A DNA stretch of 64,000 bases from NCBI GenBank assembly GCA_964610305.1, contig CAZSVL010000006.1, positions 13,973 to 77,972 of the forward strand, given 5' to 3'. Positions within the stretch are counted from its first letter, which is position 1. Every line of letters begins with the position of its first letter. Positions 28,389 to 38,858 of the stretch are shown piece after piece. A program made the position numbers and the translations under genes. Source of the stretch: an uncultured Gammaproteobacteria bacterium. GTDB taxonomy: Bacteria; Patescibacteriota; Patescibacteriia; Magasanikbacterales; JBBTXJ01. The notes under the pieces were generated by a model. The model saw nothing but the letters and a program-made list of their open reading frames with translations. It searched no databases and was not told the DNA's origin.

Positions 28389-29147
28389 ATGAGAAAATTA
28401 TTTTTTGTCGTCGCAGCGGTTGTCGCGATACCGGTAGCTATTGCAGTTACTTTTTTTGTTTACAAATTTATTGCAGGCATGATGGTTGGTGGCAGCGCGG
28501 GCGAAGTTCATGATAGGGTTTATCAGTGTGAGCGTATAGCGGGAGAGCGTGTTGGTTATGTGTATGTTCGCGGTTTTGGAGAAGATGATCCAGATGCGGC
28601 ATATGCTATTGATGAAGCTGCAAAAATGGATTCTCGTTATGTTGGACTCTTGGATTATGATTATGATGAAGCACTTGAGCTTGAGCAGATAACGAATATA
28701 TTTTTAGAGAAATTAGAAGATTTTGTGGGGGCTAAAAGGCCAGATGCTTTGGTGGTGTTTGGATTTAGCGCCGGCGGCACGGTTATATCTAGCGCCGCCC
28801 ACGCTTTAAATTTTGATGGACCGGTGCAGTTGCACACTATGGCCTCTCCTTTGTCTGGCTACCACGTGGCGGAGTTATTTTTAGCAGATAGAGAGGGTTA
28901 TCTAAGAGAGTTGGCCGCCGGAATACAGGCTTACTTGCCTCCAACAGAAAATGTATCAGCTGTTCACCATAAAACGGTTACCGACAAGGTTTTGGTTGAT
29001 TTTTGTGAAAACGCAAAGAAATTTTGCGATCCACTAAAAGTGCAAAATAATAATCTAAAGGGAAGCGCAGATTTTTACTACCCACAGGAGAGTCACAACT
29101 CAATTGTGATGACCGTGGTAGACAAGGTTATGGCTTGTCAAAAATAA
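28389..29147 (+). CDS. Membrane-anchored alpha/beta hydrolase-like protein
   Basis: N-terminal TM, GFSAGG nucleophile elbow, ASPLSG, C-terminal His (ESHNS). Confidence 0.65.
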   Translation: MRKLFFVVAAVVAIPVAIAVTFFVYKFIAGMMVGGSAGEVHDRVYQCERIAGERVGYVYVRGFGEDDPDAAYAIDEAAKMDSRYVGLLDYDYDEALELEQITNIFLEKLEDFVGAKRPDALVVFGFSAGGTVISSAAHALNFDGPVQLHTMASPLSGYHVAELFLADREGYLRELAAGIQAYLPPTENVSAVHHKTVTDKVLVDFCENAKKFCDPLKVQNNNLKGSADFYYPQESHNSIVMTVVDKVMACQK

Positions 29148-29370
29148 AAAAACCTTACGAACACGCTCGTAGGGTCTGGGGTAAACTTCTTTGGAGCTCT
29201 CACCCTCCATCTACTGCACCATCCTACTTACCCAACTGGACGGCGCACCACTGCGCTCTACTCGATTGGCCGCCTCCGGAGGCGCCGCTCGGGCATGTAC
29301 GCATCAGATCTCCCGAATTTTTTGTGTTTATTGCTTGAGGCAATAGCGTGTTGCGAAGAGATCTGAGGAT
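29146..29370 (-). ncRNA. Structured transcription unit 1 (ncRNA or 26-aa sORF at 29224-29304)
   Basis: Minus TTGACA(29405)-17-TATTAT, several hairpins, terminator at 29146-29178. Confidence 0.45.
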
Positions 29371-29424
29371 GAGTAAATAATAGCACACTTTGCATATTTT
29401 GTCAAGGGCTGGGCTAACATAATT

Positions 29425-29656
29425 AAAAAACCCTCGCGCACGCACACGAAGGTCTGGGGTTTCTGATTGAGGCTATACGCAGTACGCCTCTCCTGCCACG
29501 CTGCGCGCGATACCCATGGGCGCTTTGTGGGATTTGTACATTGAGTTTGCATGCTTCACTGCCTGCAGACAGATCTGCCTCAATGTACAGAGGTTTTCTT
29601 TTTTTCTTTTTTACAGGAGCGGTTGCGAGCCGCTGCGTGTTCCTGCTTTTTGTTTG
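29425..29656 (-). ncRNA. Structured transcription unit 2
   Basis: Minus TTGACA(29690)-17-TATAGT, perfect 11-bp stem 29535-45/29579-89, terminator at 29425-29455. Confidence 0.45.
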
Positions 29657-29798
29657 TATAGACTATAGCATAATTCTATACATTTGTCAAGAGCAGTGGC
29701 TCAATAATGGCTAAAATAAGCAAAAATTCAGCCTTGACAGGCTTTTTTATATTCGCTATTATTATGGCGCACTAAAATAATGCATTTTTTATAACATT

Positions 29799-31803
<2,005 letters not shown>

Positions 31804-31925
31804 GTTGGTAACTGGTAACTGGTAACTAGCCACTCGTAACTAGACTAGAAAATTTAAAACACTCGGCTTTTGCCGGGTGTTTTTGGTTGTGTGGCATTTC
31901 GGAATTTTGTGAAGCCTACCACTCT

Positions 31926-32137
31926 GTCATCCCGGAATTTTGCGAAGCAAAATATCCGGGATCTCAAGAATAACGTATACAGCAAAGCGTTCTCTTGAGA
32001 TCCCGGGTTCCGTCTACGCTAAAGCTACGCCGGACAGGCAAGCCCGGGATGACACGAATCACGTCATCCTGAACCGAAGGTGAAGGATCTCCTGCCGCAA
32101 AGGAACGTATGAGATCCTTCGCTGCGCTCAGGATGAC
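31926..32137. repeat. Cluster of two GTCAT...ATGAC REP doublets
   Basis: 31926-32053 and 32063-32137. Confidence 0.85.
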
Positions 32138-32182
32138 AGGAAACCGCAAGGAAATAAAAAAAGCCCACAAAGCGGGCACCGC

Positions 32183-32604
32183 TTAAGCAGCTTGGGCAAA
32201 GACCTCTTGCATGTGGCTGTAGAACCACCCCACTGCACGTGTCGGTCGTCGTTGAGCATGTCTAGAGCTTGCTCTAGTGCGGCAAGCATCCGATCACTAT
32301 AGAAGCCAAGTACCTCTGGATCAATGAGCTCTCGCAAGGGAGGGCCAACATCATGGTAGAAAGCTCTGCAGCTCATCTTCCACCTTGGATGGAGCTCGCA
32401 GAAAAGGAAGTCAACGACGGATTCGTAGTCTTTCAGCCGCTCTTCGCATCCAACGTACTTGAGCGCTCGCTGGTAATCCAGCTTGCTTTTCAGAAGTACC
32501 TCTACAAGAGGGAACAAAGACTCAGTAGCACCGCCCGTTAGCGAAAGCGCCAAAATCAAGTCTGTTCGCATCCTGGGTGTCATACTTAGTGACATTCGCA
32601 TCAT
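32183..32604 (-). pseudogene. Hypothetical protein, probably frameshifted near the 3' end
   Basis: The called ORF runs through its own terminator (~32157-32180). One extra G in the run at 32228-31 gives ...QWGWFYSHMQEVFAQAA and TAA at 32183-85. Confidence 0.5.
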
Positions 32605-32661
32605 GATTTTTCTACGGCCAAAAGGGCAATATATTTAAACTAGCATTCTTTTTGATGTTTG

Positions 32662-32969
32662 TCAAGTGGTGGTATTAAAAAAACCGTCTAGCACATGCAA
32701 GGCGGTTTTGGGAATATCATCTCTATCTTTTGGCGGATCGTCTGGATCCGGATGAGATTCTGATGTAGAGGCAAAAAAGAGCGCATATAGGGGCATCAGG
32801 GCAAAAAGAAGCACTGCTGCACCAACGTAATAAAGCAATACGGGAATGACAAGAAGCGGGATAATTACCATGCTTGCAACTACTGCGGGTGTAAAGAAGA
32901 CTAGAAAAATAAATTGAGACAACGGGTGCTGTTCTCGTTTCTTAACTTAAAGGGTAGAATTTTTGCCAT
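32662..32969 (-). pseudogene. Small membrane protein, probably frameshifted
   Basis: AGGAGG-ATG at 32969 gives only 22 aa (MAKILPFK...). The hydrophobic frame begins at ~32922 without an RBS. Confidence 0.45.
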
Positions 32970-33069
32970 GGTTTCCTCCTGGTGGGATTTTATCATGATG
33001 GGCGGGAAAGTCACAACGCTGTTGCGATTAAAAAAAGCCGTTCCCTTTGCAGGTAATAGGCTCTTGATC

Positions 33070-33531
33070 TTAACGATTTCTCCCTGTGGGCTTAATGGCC
33101 TCAAGGCATGCTCGCGCCATATTGGCATACGCGTTTGCGCTTGCGCGCAGCCGGTCTGCTGGATCAATGTTCATGCGATCCTTGCTGGCATACAGCTTCT
33201 CTGCCTTTTCCATCCGTGCAAAGCTGGTGTTGAGCATTTGGTGGCACAGCGTGCTGTGTGGTAGCACCGGCTCCATCCATGAGGCTGGCCACACGGGATC
33301 CTCTTCGACGGTCATGAAGTCCACCCACTCAAGCGGTCCGCTGCCCGGGTTTACTCCCGGCTGGCGACACTTCTTTTTGGTTTCGTAGCCCAGCGTACCA
33401 TCAACGGGTTTTGCCTGCGCAACGCTTGGCCCACTCAGCTGATTTGAAACCGATGAGATCAGTGGGAACACGCACAAAAAGGCCAGAAAAAAGCACACAT
33501 TTGCGATTCTACCGAGGGTCTTTCTCTTCAT
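33070..33531 (-). CDS. Secreted/anchored hypothetical protein, paralog of 33704..34102
   Basis: AGGAGG RBS, N-terminal TM, G.SVA.A and NAYANMARAC motifs. Confidence 0.75.
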   Translation of the reverse strand: MKRKTLGRIANVCFFLAFLCVFPLISSVSNQLSGPSVAQAKPVDGTLGYETKKKCRQPGVNPGSGPLEWVDFMTVEEDPVWPASWMEPVLPHSTLCHQMLNTSFARMEKAEKLYASKDRMNIDPADRLRASANAYANMARACLEAIKPTGRNR

Positions 33532-33703
33532 GTGACCTCCTAAGTCTTTGAGAAATGCCTGATTCGTCAGGTGTTTAGATCACATACTATTATAGCATAT
33601 TTTAGTAGTTTTGTCAAGGGCAAAACGGCTTTATTTGGCTTAGATTAGCCAAAATAATAAGTTTAAAAAAACCGCCTTTCCCCGTAGGTACTAAGCGGAT
33701 TTA

Positions 33704-34102
33704 CTAGTAGTGCTTAAGCGCGTTGTAGCATGCGTTTGCCGCGTTAGCAAAGGCGTTCATGACCTGTGGGTCCGCGGCCGTGACACGTTCCATGCGTTCT
33801 TCATACCAATCCTTTGGTATGTACGTTTTTGTTTGGGAGAGGCTTTCGTAAAGCAGCGTCTCGCACGTGTCCCTTGAGAGCCAATTTGGCAATTCTGAAG
33901 CTGCCTTTTGCTCTGCTTGCTGCATATACCAGTCTAGCGGCTTGGGTTTGTCAGTCGCATATTCGGCATCAAAGGCCGTCTGGGCGTTGGCAACAGACGT
34001 GCCGGTGAAGTGATTTAGCAGAGGCTGCGCTACGGGCAGCAGGCACAAAAGGCCAGCGATAACAAGAATCTTTCCTAGGCTGATAGCTGTCTTAGCACGC
34101 AT
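33704..34102 (-). CDS. Secreted/anchored hypothetical protein, paralog of 33070..33531
   Basis: AGGAGG RBS, GTSVANA and NAFANAANAC motifs. Confidence 0.75.
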   Translation of the reverse strand: MRAKTAISLGKILVIAGLLCLLPVAQPLLNHFTGTSVANAQTAFDAEYATDKPKPLDWYMQQAEQKAASELPNWLSRDTCETLLYESLSQTKTYIPKDWYEERMERVTAADPQVMNAFANAANACYNALKHY

Positions 34103-34111
34103 ATGTCCTCC

Positions 34112-34318
34112 TTACGGTTGCGTCCAGAAATCATGCGGAATTTTCATGCGTTTGATTTTCATCGGTGGCACAAATGGCGGTGGGCCCTTGGGGGCTAGCT
34201 CTGTAGCTCTCACCAGGGCAAGCTCATTTTTGAGCATTTGTGTGATGGGAATAGAATCCAGCGGTACTTCTGTTTCATCAAGAATCATCGTAAGCATCCT
34301 CCAGAGCTTTTTGTTCAT
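34112..34318 (-). CDS. Hypothetical protein, 68 aa
   Basis: Stop TAA abuts the RBS of the next gene; operonic position. Confidence 0.55.
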   Translation of the reverse strand: MNKKLWRMLTMILDETEVPLDSIPITQMLKNELALVRATELAPKGPPPFVPPMKIKRMKIPHDFWTQP

Positions 34319-34703
34319 TATGGGGACCTTCTGGATTCAGAAAGAAACCAGGATCAAGGGAAAAGCCAGAATCTCCTAGAATTTGGGTTAAACGATTCAG
34401 CTCTTCTGTGGAGAAAATATCGTGCTTGCTCAAATACTCAAGCACTTCACGGGCTCCGCTCAGTTGAATGGTAGTGAGCTTTTTGGGGTCTTCGCCGTCA
34501 AAGGCATTGAAAAGAGCAATAATTGCTCTTGTTTTGTTGCTCTTTGGATTCATCTTCGTATTTTTGAGATGAAGCAGCGATAATCTTACAAAGAAGATAG
34601 AAACATTAGCTATTAGCTTCTGTTGATTACCGTAGAGACAAAAGCCTACAGCATCTGACAGAAGCTGCAACATTTCTGTATAGAGATCTGCATGCTTGTC
34701 CAT
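34278..34703 (-). CDS. Hypothetical protein (~141 aa)
   Basis: AAGGAGG RBS before ATG 34703; promoter back-to-back with prfB. Confidence 0.65.
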   Translation of the reverse strand: MDKHADLYTEMLQLLSDAVGFCLYGNQQKLIANVSIFFVRLSLLHLKNTKMNPKSNKTRAIIALFNAFDGEDPKKLTTIQLSGAREVLEYLSKHDIFSTEELNRLTQILGDSGFSLDPGFFLNPEGPHNEQKALEDAYDDS

Positions 34704-34769
34704 TGCCCCTCCTTTGCTATAAAAATAGCACATAAAGACAAATTTGTCAAGATGTGCTATAGTTGCGCC

Positions 34770-35873
34770 ATGACTATTAGAGAATTGGTACAAGAATTAG
34801 AAGTTTTAAAAGAAGAGGTTGCTAAGACGTCTGTTTTGTTGCTGCCAGATGAGCAAAAAAAAGAGGCAGAAAAGCTTGAAAAACAGATGCAAAAGCAGGG
34901 TTTTTGGGATGATCAGCAAAAGGCGCAAAAGGTGAGTCAACGGCACGCTCATATTTTGCAAGAATTGCAGCTTTGGGAAGATTTGGCGCACGATGTTGAT
35001 AGCACCCTAGCCATGGCAGCTGAATCTGAAAAACAAGAAGATGATGTTTTGCTTAAAGATATTACGGCGCAGACAAAAAAAATAAGAAAGACTTTTGAAA
35101 AAATGGCTGTTTCAGTATTGCTCAGTGAAGAGCATGATGACAAAAATGCCGTGCTGTCTATCCATGCGGGAGCTGGTGGAACAGAGGCACAAGATTGGGC
35201 AGAGATGATTAAAAGAATGCTGCTTAGGTTTATTGAAAAACGTGGATGGAAAGCGGATATTTTAGATGAACAAGCTGGGTCAGAGGCGGGGATAAAATCA
35301 TGTGTTATAGAAGTATCTGGGACGCAGGCCTATGGTTATTTAAAATCAGAACATGGGGTTCACAGATTAGTGCGCATCTCCCCTTTTGACGCAGAAAAAA
35401 TGCGCCACACCAGCTTTGCAATGGTAGAGGTTTTGCCAGAGTTAGATGATGAGGTGGAGATAGAAATGGACGCAAAAGATCTGCGGGTTGATACGTTTCA
35501 TGCCGGCGGAAAAGGCGGTCAGAATGTTAACAAGGTGGAAACGGCCATTAGAATTACCCATCTTCCAACTAACACAGTGGTGACGTGTCAGAATCAGAGA
35601 TCTCAAGGCCAAAATAAAGAAACCGCCATGAGAATTTTGAAATCCCGTCTGGCTCAGCTGGAGCATCAGAAAAAGCTGGAAGAAAAAGAAGAGTTGCGCG
35701 GCAAGGCAGAAAAAGTAGAATGGGGATCACAAATAAGATCTTATGTTTTGCATCCTTACCAGATGGTAAAGGATCATCGCAGTAATGTAGAAACGCAAGA
35801 CACGGAGGATGTTTTAGACGGGGATTTGGACGCTTTTGTAGAAGGATATCTGCGGTGGAAGATCAGGCATTAG
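34770..35873 (+). CDS. prfB: Peptide chain release factor 2 (no programmed frameshift)
   Basis: GAGGTEAQDWA, HRLVRISPF (SPF), GGQ, WGSQIRSYVLHPY. Confidence 0.97.
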   Translation: MTIRELVQELEVLKEEVAKTSVLLLPDEQKKEAEKLEKQMQKQGFWDDQQKAQKVSQRHAHILQELQLWEDLAHDVDSTLAMAAESEKQEDDVLLKDITAQTKKIRKTFEKMAVSVLLSEEHDDKNAVLSIHAGAGGTEAQDWAEMIKRMLLRFIEKRGWKADILDEQAGSEAGIKSCVIEVSGTQAYGYLKSEHGVHRLVRISPFDAEKMRHTSFAMVEVLPELDDEVEIEMDAKDLRVDTFHAGGKGGQNVNKVETAIRITHLPTNTVVTCQNQRSQGQNKETAMRILKSRLAQLEHQKKLEEKEELRGKAEKVEWGSQIRSYVLHPYQMVKDHRSNVETQDTEDVLDGDLDAFVEGYLRWKIRH

Positions 35874-36032
35874 GCTGTATGCTGTAGGCTGTATACCCTC
35901 TTAGTGTCATGCTGAACTTGATTCAGCATCCAGGCAGAAGTATAAGACGTACTCTATTTCTAACTAGATTCTGAAATAAATTCAGAATGACAATCTGCGA
36001 TCACTAATGCCTGAAGCCTAATGCCTACTGCC
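35871..36032. repeat. Composite heptamer/GTCAT palindrome repeat
   Basis: GCTGTAN runs, palindromes 35906-35991, TAAGACGTACTC core at 35943-54. Confidence 0.8.
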
Positions 36033-36040
36033 TTAAAAAA

Positions 36041-36634
36041 ATGAAAATAATTAAAGAAAAAGAGGAGTTGCAACAGGCCATTGAACATTTGCGCGATGGC
36101 GGTGTTTTAATATACCCAACAGAGAGCTCATACGGCATTGGCTGCAGGGCGGATGACGTAATTGCGGTGGGGAATGTGTTTTCTTTTAAAGAGAGGGCTG
36201 TAGATAAAACCGTTTTGATTTTAGTGCCAAGCGTAGAAGTTGCAAAAAGATTAGTGCAGTGGTCAGATAAGATTCAGGAATTGGTGGATAGACACTGGCC
36301 TGGCCAGCTCTCTATTGTGGCGCAAGCAACGCCGGAGGGAAGGCATTTGGCGCCGGGCGTGGTGGCAAAAGATGGTACTATTGCGCTGCGTATGTCGCCT
36401 CACCCAACCGCACAAGCGCTTGCTGAGGCTGTTGGTCCGCTTGTGTCTTCGTCGGCAAATAAAGGCAGTGAGCCTCCTTGCTATAGTATGGAGCAGATAC
36501 TTGATTGGCTCCAAGAGGATGATGAGATCATGATAATTGACGGCGGCGGTTTGCCTAAAAAGAAACCGTCCACAGTGGCAAAGGTGAACGGAAATGAAGT
36601 AAGGGTGCTAAGACAGGGCGCGGTACATTTGTGA
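36041..36634 (+). CDS. tsaC: L-threonylcarbamoyladenylate synthase (TsaC/Sua5/YrdC)
   Basis: YPTESSYGIGC, HWPGQLS, SSSAN, PST, LRQGAV. Confidence 0.92.
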   Translation: MKIIKEKEELQQAIEHLRDGGVLIYPTESSYGIGCRADDVIAVGNVFSFKERAVDKTVLILVPSVEVAKRLVQWSDKIQELVDRHWPGQLSIVAQATPEGRHLAPGVVAKDGTIALRMSPHPTAQALAEAVGPLVSSSANKGSEPPCYSMEQILDWLQEDDEIMIIDGGGLPKKKPSTVAKVNGNEVRVLRQGAVHL

Positions 36635-36673
36635 GACGTTCTTGACAAACGTTCGTAAATGCGCTATACTGTT

Positions 36674-36760
36674 AGTAACACTAGGATGTTACTCCGTACC
36701 TTACGGATTGCATCACAACTGGGTACCAAAAAAGATCTCCTCTTGGGGAGCTCTTTTTTT
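36674..36760 (+). ncRNA. Small terminated RNA carrying target sites for the adjacent tRNA-like RNA
   Basis: TTGACA(36642)-17-TATACT, two hairpins, terminator at 36730-36760, no SD-led ORF. Confidence 0.55.
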
Positions 36761-36776
36761 ATGCTATACTTTTTTT

Positions 36777-36856
36777 GGACCCGAGGGCCCGTGAGGTATA
36801 CAGTAACCCCCTGGTGTTGGTACCCAGGTAAGCGGGTGCAAGTCCCGCCGGGTCCA
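36777..36856 (+). ncRNA. tRNA-like cloverleaf RNA (non-canonical)
   Basis: 7-bp acceptor GGACCCG/CGGGTCC plus A. 5-bp T stem GCGGG/CCCGC with 7-nt loop TGCAAGT. CCTGG/CCAGG arm with 9-nt loop. Extended -10 TGCTATACT at 36762-70. Confidence 0.7.
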
Positions 36857-36881
36857 TAAAAAACGCCTGTCAAGGCGTTTT

Positions 36882-37823
36882 TTATTTGAGTATTCTTTTT
36901 TTGTACCACTCTATTTCTGCAGCAAATCCGTCTATGTGGGCGGTTTTTGGTTCGTATCCTAGTATTCTGCGGGCCTTATCTATGTTTGCATGCGTTACTT
37001 TTTGATCTCCAGGCCGCGGGGGCATGTGTTTAAAGCGTGTTTTTTTGCCAATGAGGCTTTCTACCATTTCTATTGCCTCTTTGGTGCTCATTTGTTTGTC
37101 TGAGCCAATGTTGAAAATTTCGCCGGGCATTTTATCAATATTATCAAGCGCAGCAATAAAACCGTCTAGAGCGTCATGTACATACGTAAAACTGCGCAGA
37201 TGCTGCAAGGATCCTTCGTAGAGCGGCACCTGCCCATCCGTTAGAAGAGCTCCAATAAGACGGGGGTATAGTTTTTCAGGACGCTCGCGAGGTCCAAAAA
37301 CAGAAAATAAACGTAGAGAACAGGCTGGCAGATTTCCGTTTCTGTGGTAGGCAAGGGCAAGCTGTTCTGCTGCAAGTTTGGTTACGCCATAATATGATAC
37401 CGGCTTGGCGGCTACGTTTTCTTCATCGGTTGCATGGTGACCATAGCAAGAAGATGTTGCGGTGTTTACAAAAAGTTTGAGGGTTGGGACTTTTTTTGCG
37501 GCCTCTAGTAGCTTGTGAATTGCTAGCAGATTATTGCGCGTGTAAGCCGCCAGTGTTACATGAGCCACAATGCCGGGCTGTCCTGCTAAATGATAAATTA
37601 CCTCTACGCCATTGAGTATGGGATCAAGCGGCGTGGTAGCAAGATCAGCTTCAATAAAGGTAACGCCCGCTTTTTTAATATCTGCCACGTTCATCTCTTT
37701 TAGATGACGCGCGTAGTAATCAGTAAAGCAATCAATTCCAATAACGTCATGGCCCATTTTGGCCAGACGCTCGCATAAATGTGATCCTACAAAGCCGGCT
37801 GCGCCGGTAACGAGTATTTTCAT
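36882..37823 (-). CDS. NAD-dependent sugar epimerase (UDP-glucuronate 4-epimerase-like)
   Basis: TGAAGFVGSH, YGVTK, FSVFGPRERP. Confidence 0.9.
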   Translation of the reverse strand: MKILVTGAAGFVGSHLCERLAKMGHDVIGIDCFTDYYARHLKEMNVADIKKAGVTFIEADLATTPLDPILNGVEVIYHLAGQPGIVAHVTLAAYTRNNLLAIHKLLEAAKKVPTLKLFVNTATSSCYGHHATDEENVAAKPVSYYGVTKLAAEQLALAYHRNGNLPACSLRLFSVFGPRERPEKLYPRLIGALLTDGQVPLYEGSLQHLRSFTYVHDALDGFIAALDNIDKMPGEIFNIGSDKQMSTKEAIEMVESLIGKKTRFKHMPPRPGDQKVTHANIDKARRILGYEPKTAHIDGFAAEIEWYKKRILK

Positions 37824-37921
37824 GTACCGCTTATTGTAGCCAAATTACGCATGTTTAGTCAAGGGTCAGTGTTGATTAATGAGTGGGTGTATGATAAGCT
37901 GATGCCAAAAGGAGAATACCT

Positions 37922-38857
37922 ATGAAATATCTTGTCACCGGAGGTGCGGGCTTTGTAGGCTCTCACCTGTGCCAGGCGCTTTTGAAAAAAAGCGGGCAGG
38001 TGCGCGTGATAGACAATCTGTCTACGGGAAATAAGGCTAATTTAGACCCTATTTCTTCTGATATTGAGTTTGTTCAGGGAGATGTGCAAAGCAGTGAAGT
38101 AATGAGGCAAGCGTGTGATCGGGTGGATGTGGTGTTTCATCAGGCCGCGTACCCATCGGTTCCCTATTCTCTGAAAGAATCGGTAAAGGCTCATGATGCT
38201 AATCTTACCGGCACTGTTGTTACGCTCTCGGCCGCGAAGGATGCTGGGGTAAAACGGTTTGTATTTGCAAGCTCTGCGGCTGTTTATGGAGATAGCATTG
38301 CGGCAGTTCAAAAAGAAGATGATAAGCTTAATCCGCTTTCTAATTATGCGGTTCATAAGCTGGCAGCTGAGTGGTACTTGAAAGTTGCTTTTGAGCGTTT
38401 TGGGCTTCAGACAGTTGCTTTGCGTTACTTTAACATTTTTGGGCCAAAACAGGATCCTGCTTCTGATTACGCAGCCGTGATTCCTATATTTATCAAAAAG
38501 ATGCTCTCTGGGCAGCAGCCGACCATTTTTGGAGACGGCAGCGCCACAAGAGATTTTGTTTTTATTGATAACGTGGTTGCGGCTAACATTGCTGCCTCTG
38601 AGGCTTCGGTAGAAAAAGTGGGTGGGACCGTGATGAACATTGCTGGCGGAAGTAAGACATCAGTTCTGCAGCTTGTTGGCATGCTCAATGATGTCTTGGG
38701 AACTTCAATTGACCCTATTTTTGCTGATATTAGAGATGGGGATATAGCGCATTCAAGCGCGGATATTAGCAGAGCTGGGGAGCTTTTGGACTACCATCCA
38801 GAGGTATCAGTTTTGGACGGATTACGCGCCACGGCTGAGTACTTTAAAAGTGCTTAA
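37922..38857 (+). CDS. NAD-dependent epimerase/dehydratase (GalE/WbpP-like)
   Basis: TGGAGFVGSH, YAVHK, LRYFNIFGPKQDP. Confidence 0.92.
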   Translation: MKYLVTGGAGFVGSHLCQALLKKSGQVRVIDNLSTGNKANLDPISSDIEFVQGDVQSSEVMRQACDRVDVVFHQAAYPSVPYSLKESVKAHDANLTGTVVTLSAAKDAGVKRFVFASSAAVYGDSIAAVQKEDDKLNPLSNYAVHKLAAEWYLKVAFERFGLQTVALRYFNIFGPKQDPASDYAAVIPIFIKKMLSGQQPTIFGDGSATRDFVFIDNVVAANIAASEASVEKVGGTVMNIAGGSKTSVLQLVGMLNDVLGTSIDPIFADIRDGDIAHSSADISRAGELLDYHPEVSVLDGLRATAEYFKSA

Positions 38858-38858
38858 T

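Noticed and set aside
36777-36856. Canonical tRNA-Pro(TGG) or a tmRNA fragment
   Set aside because: 9-nt loop, no U8/A14 or normal D arm, G at the position of psi55, no G3-U70 pair and no tag reading frame.
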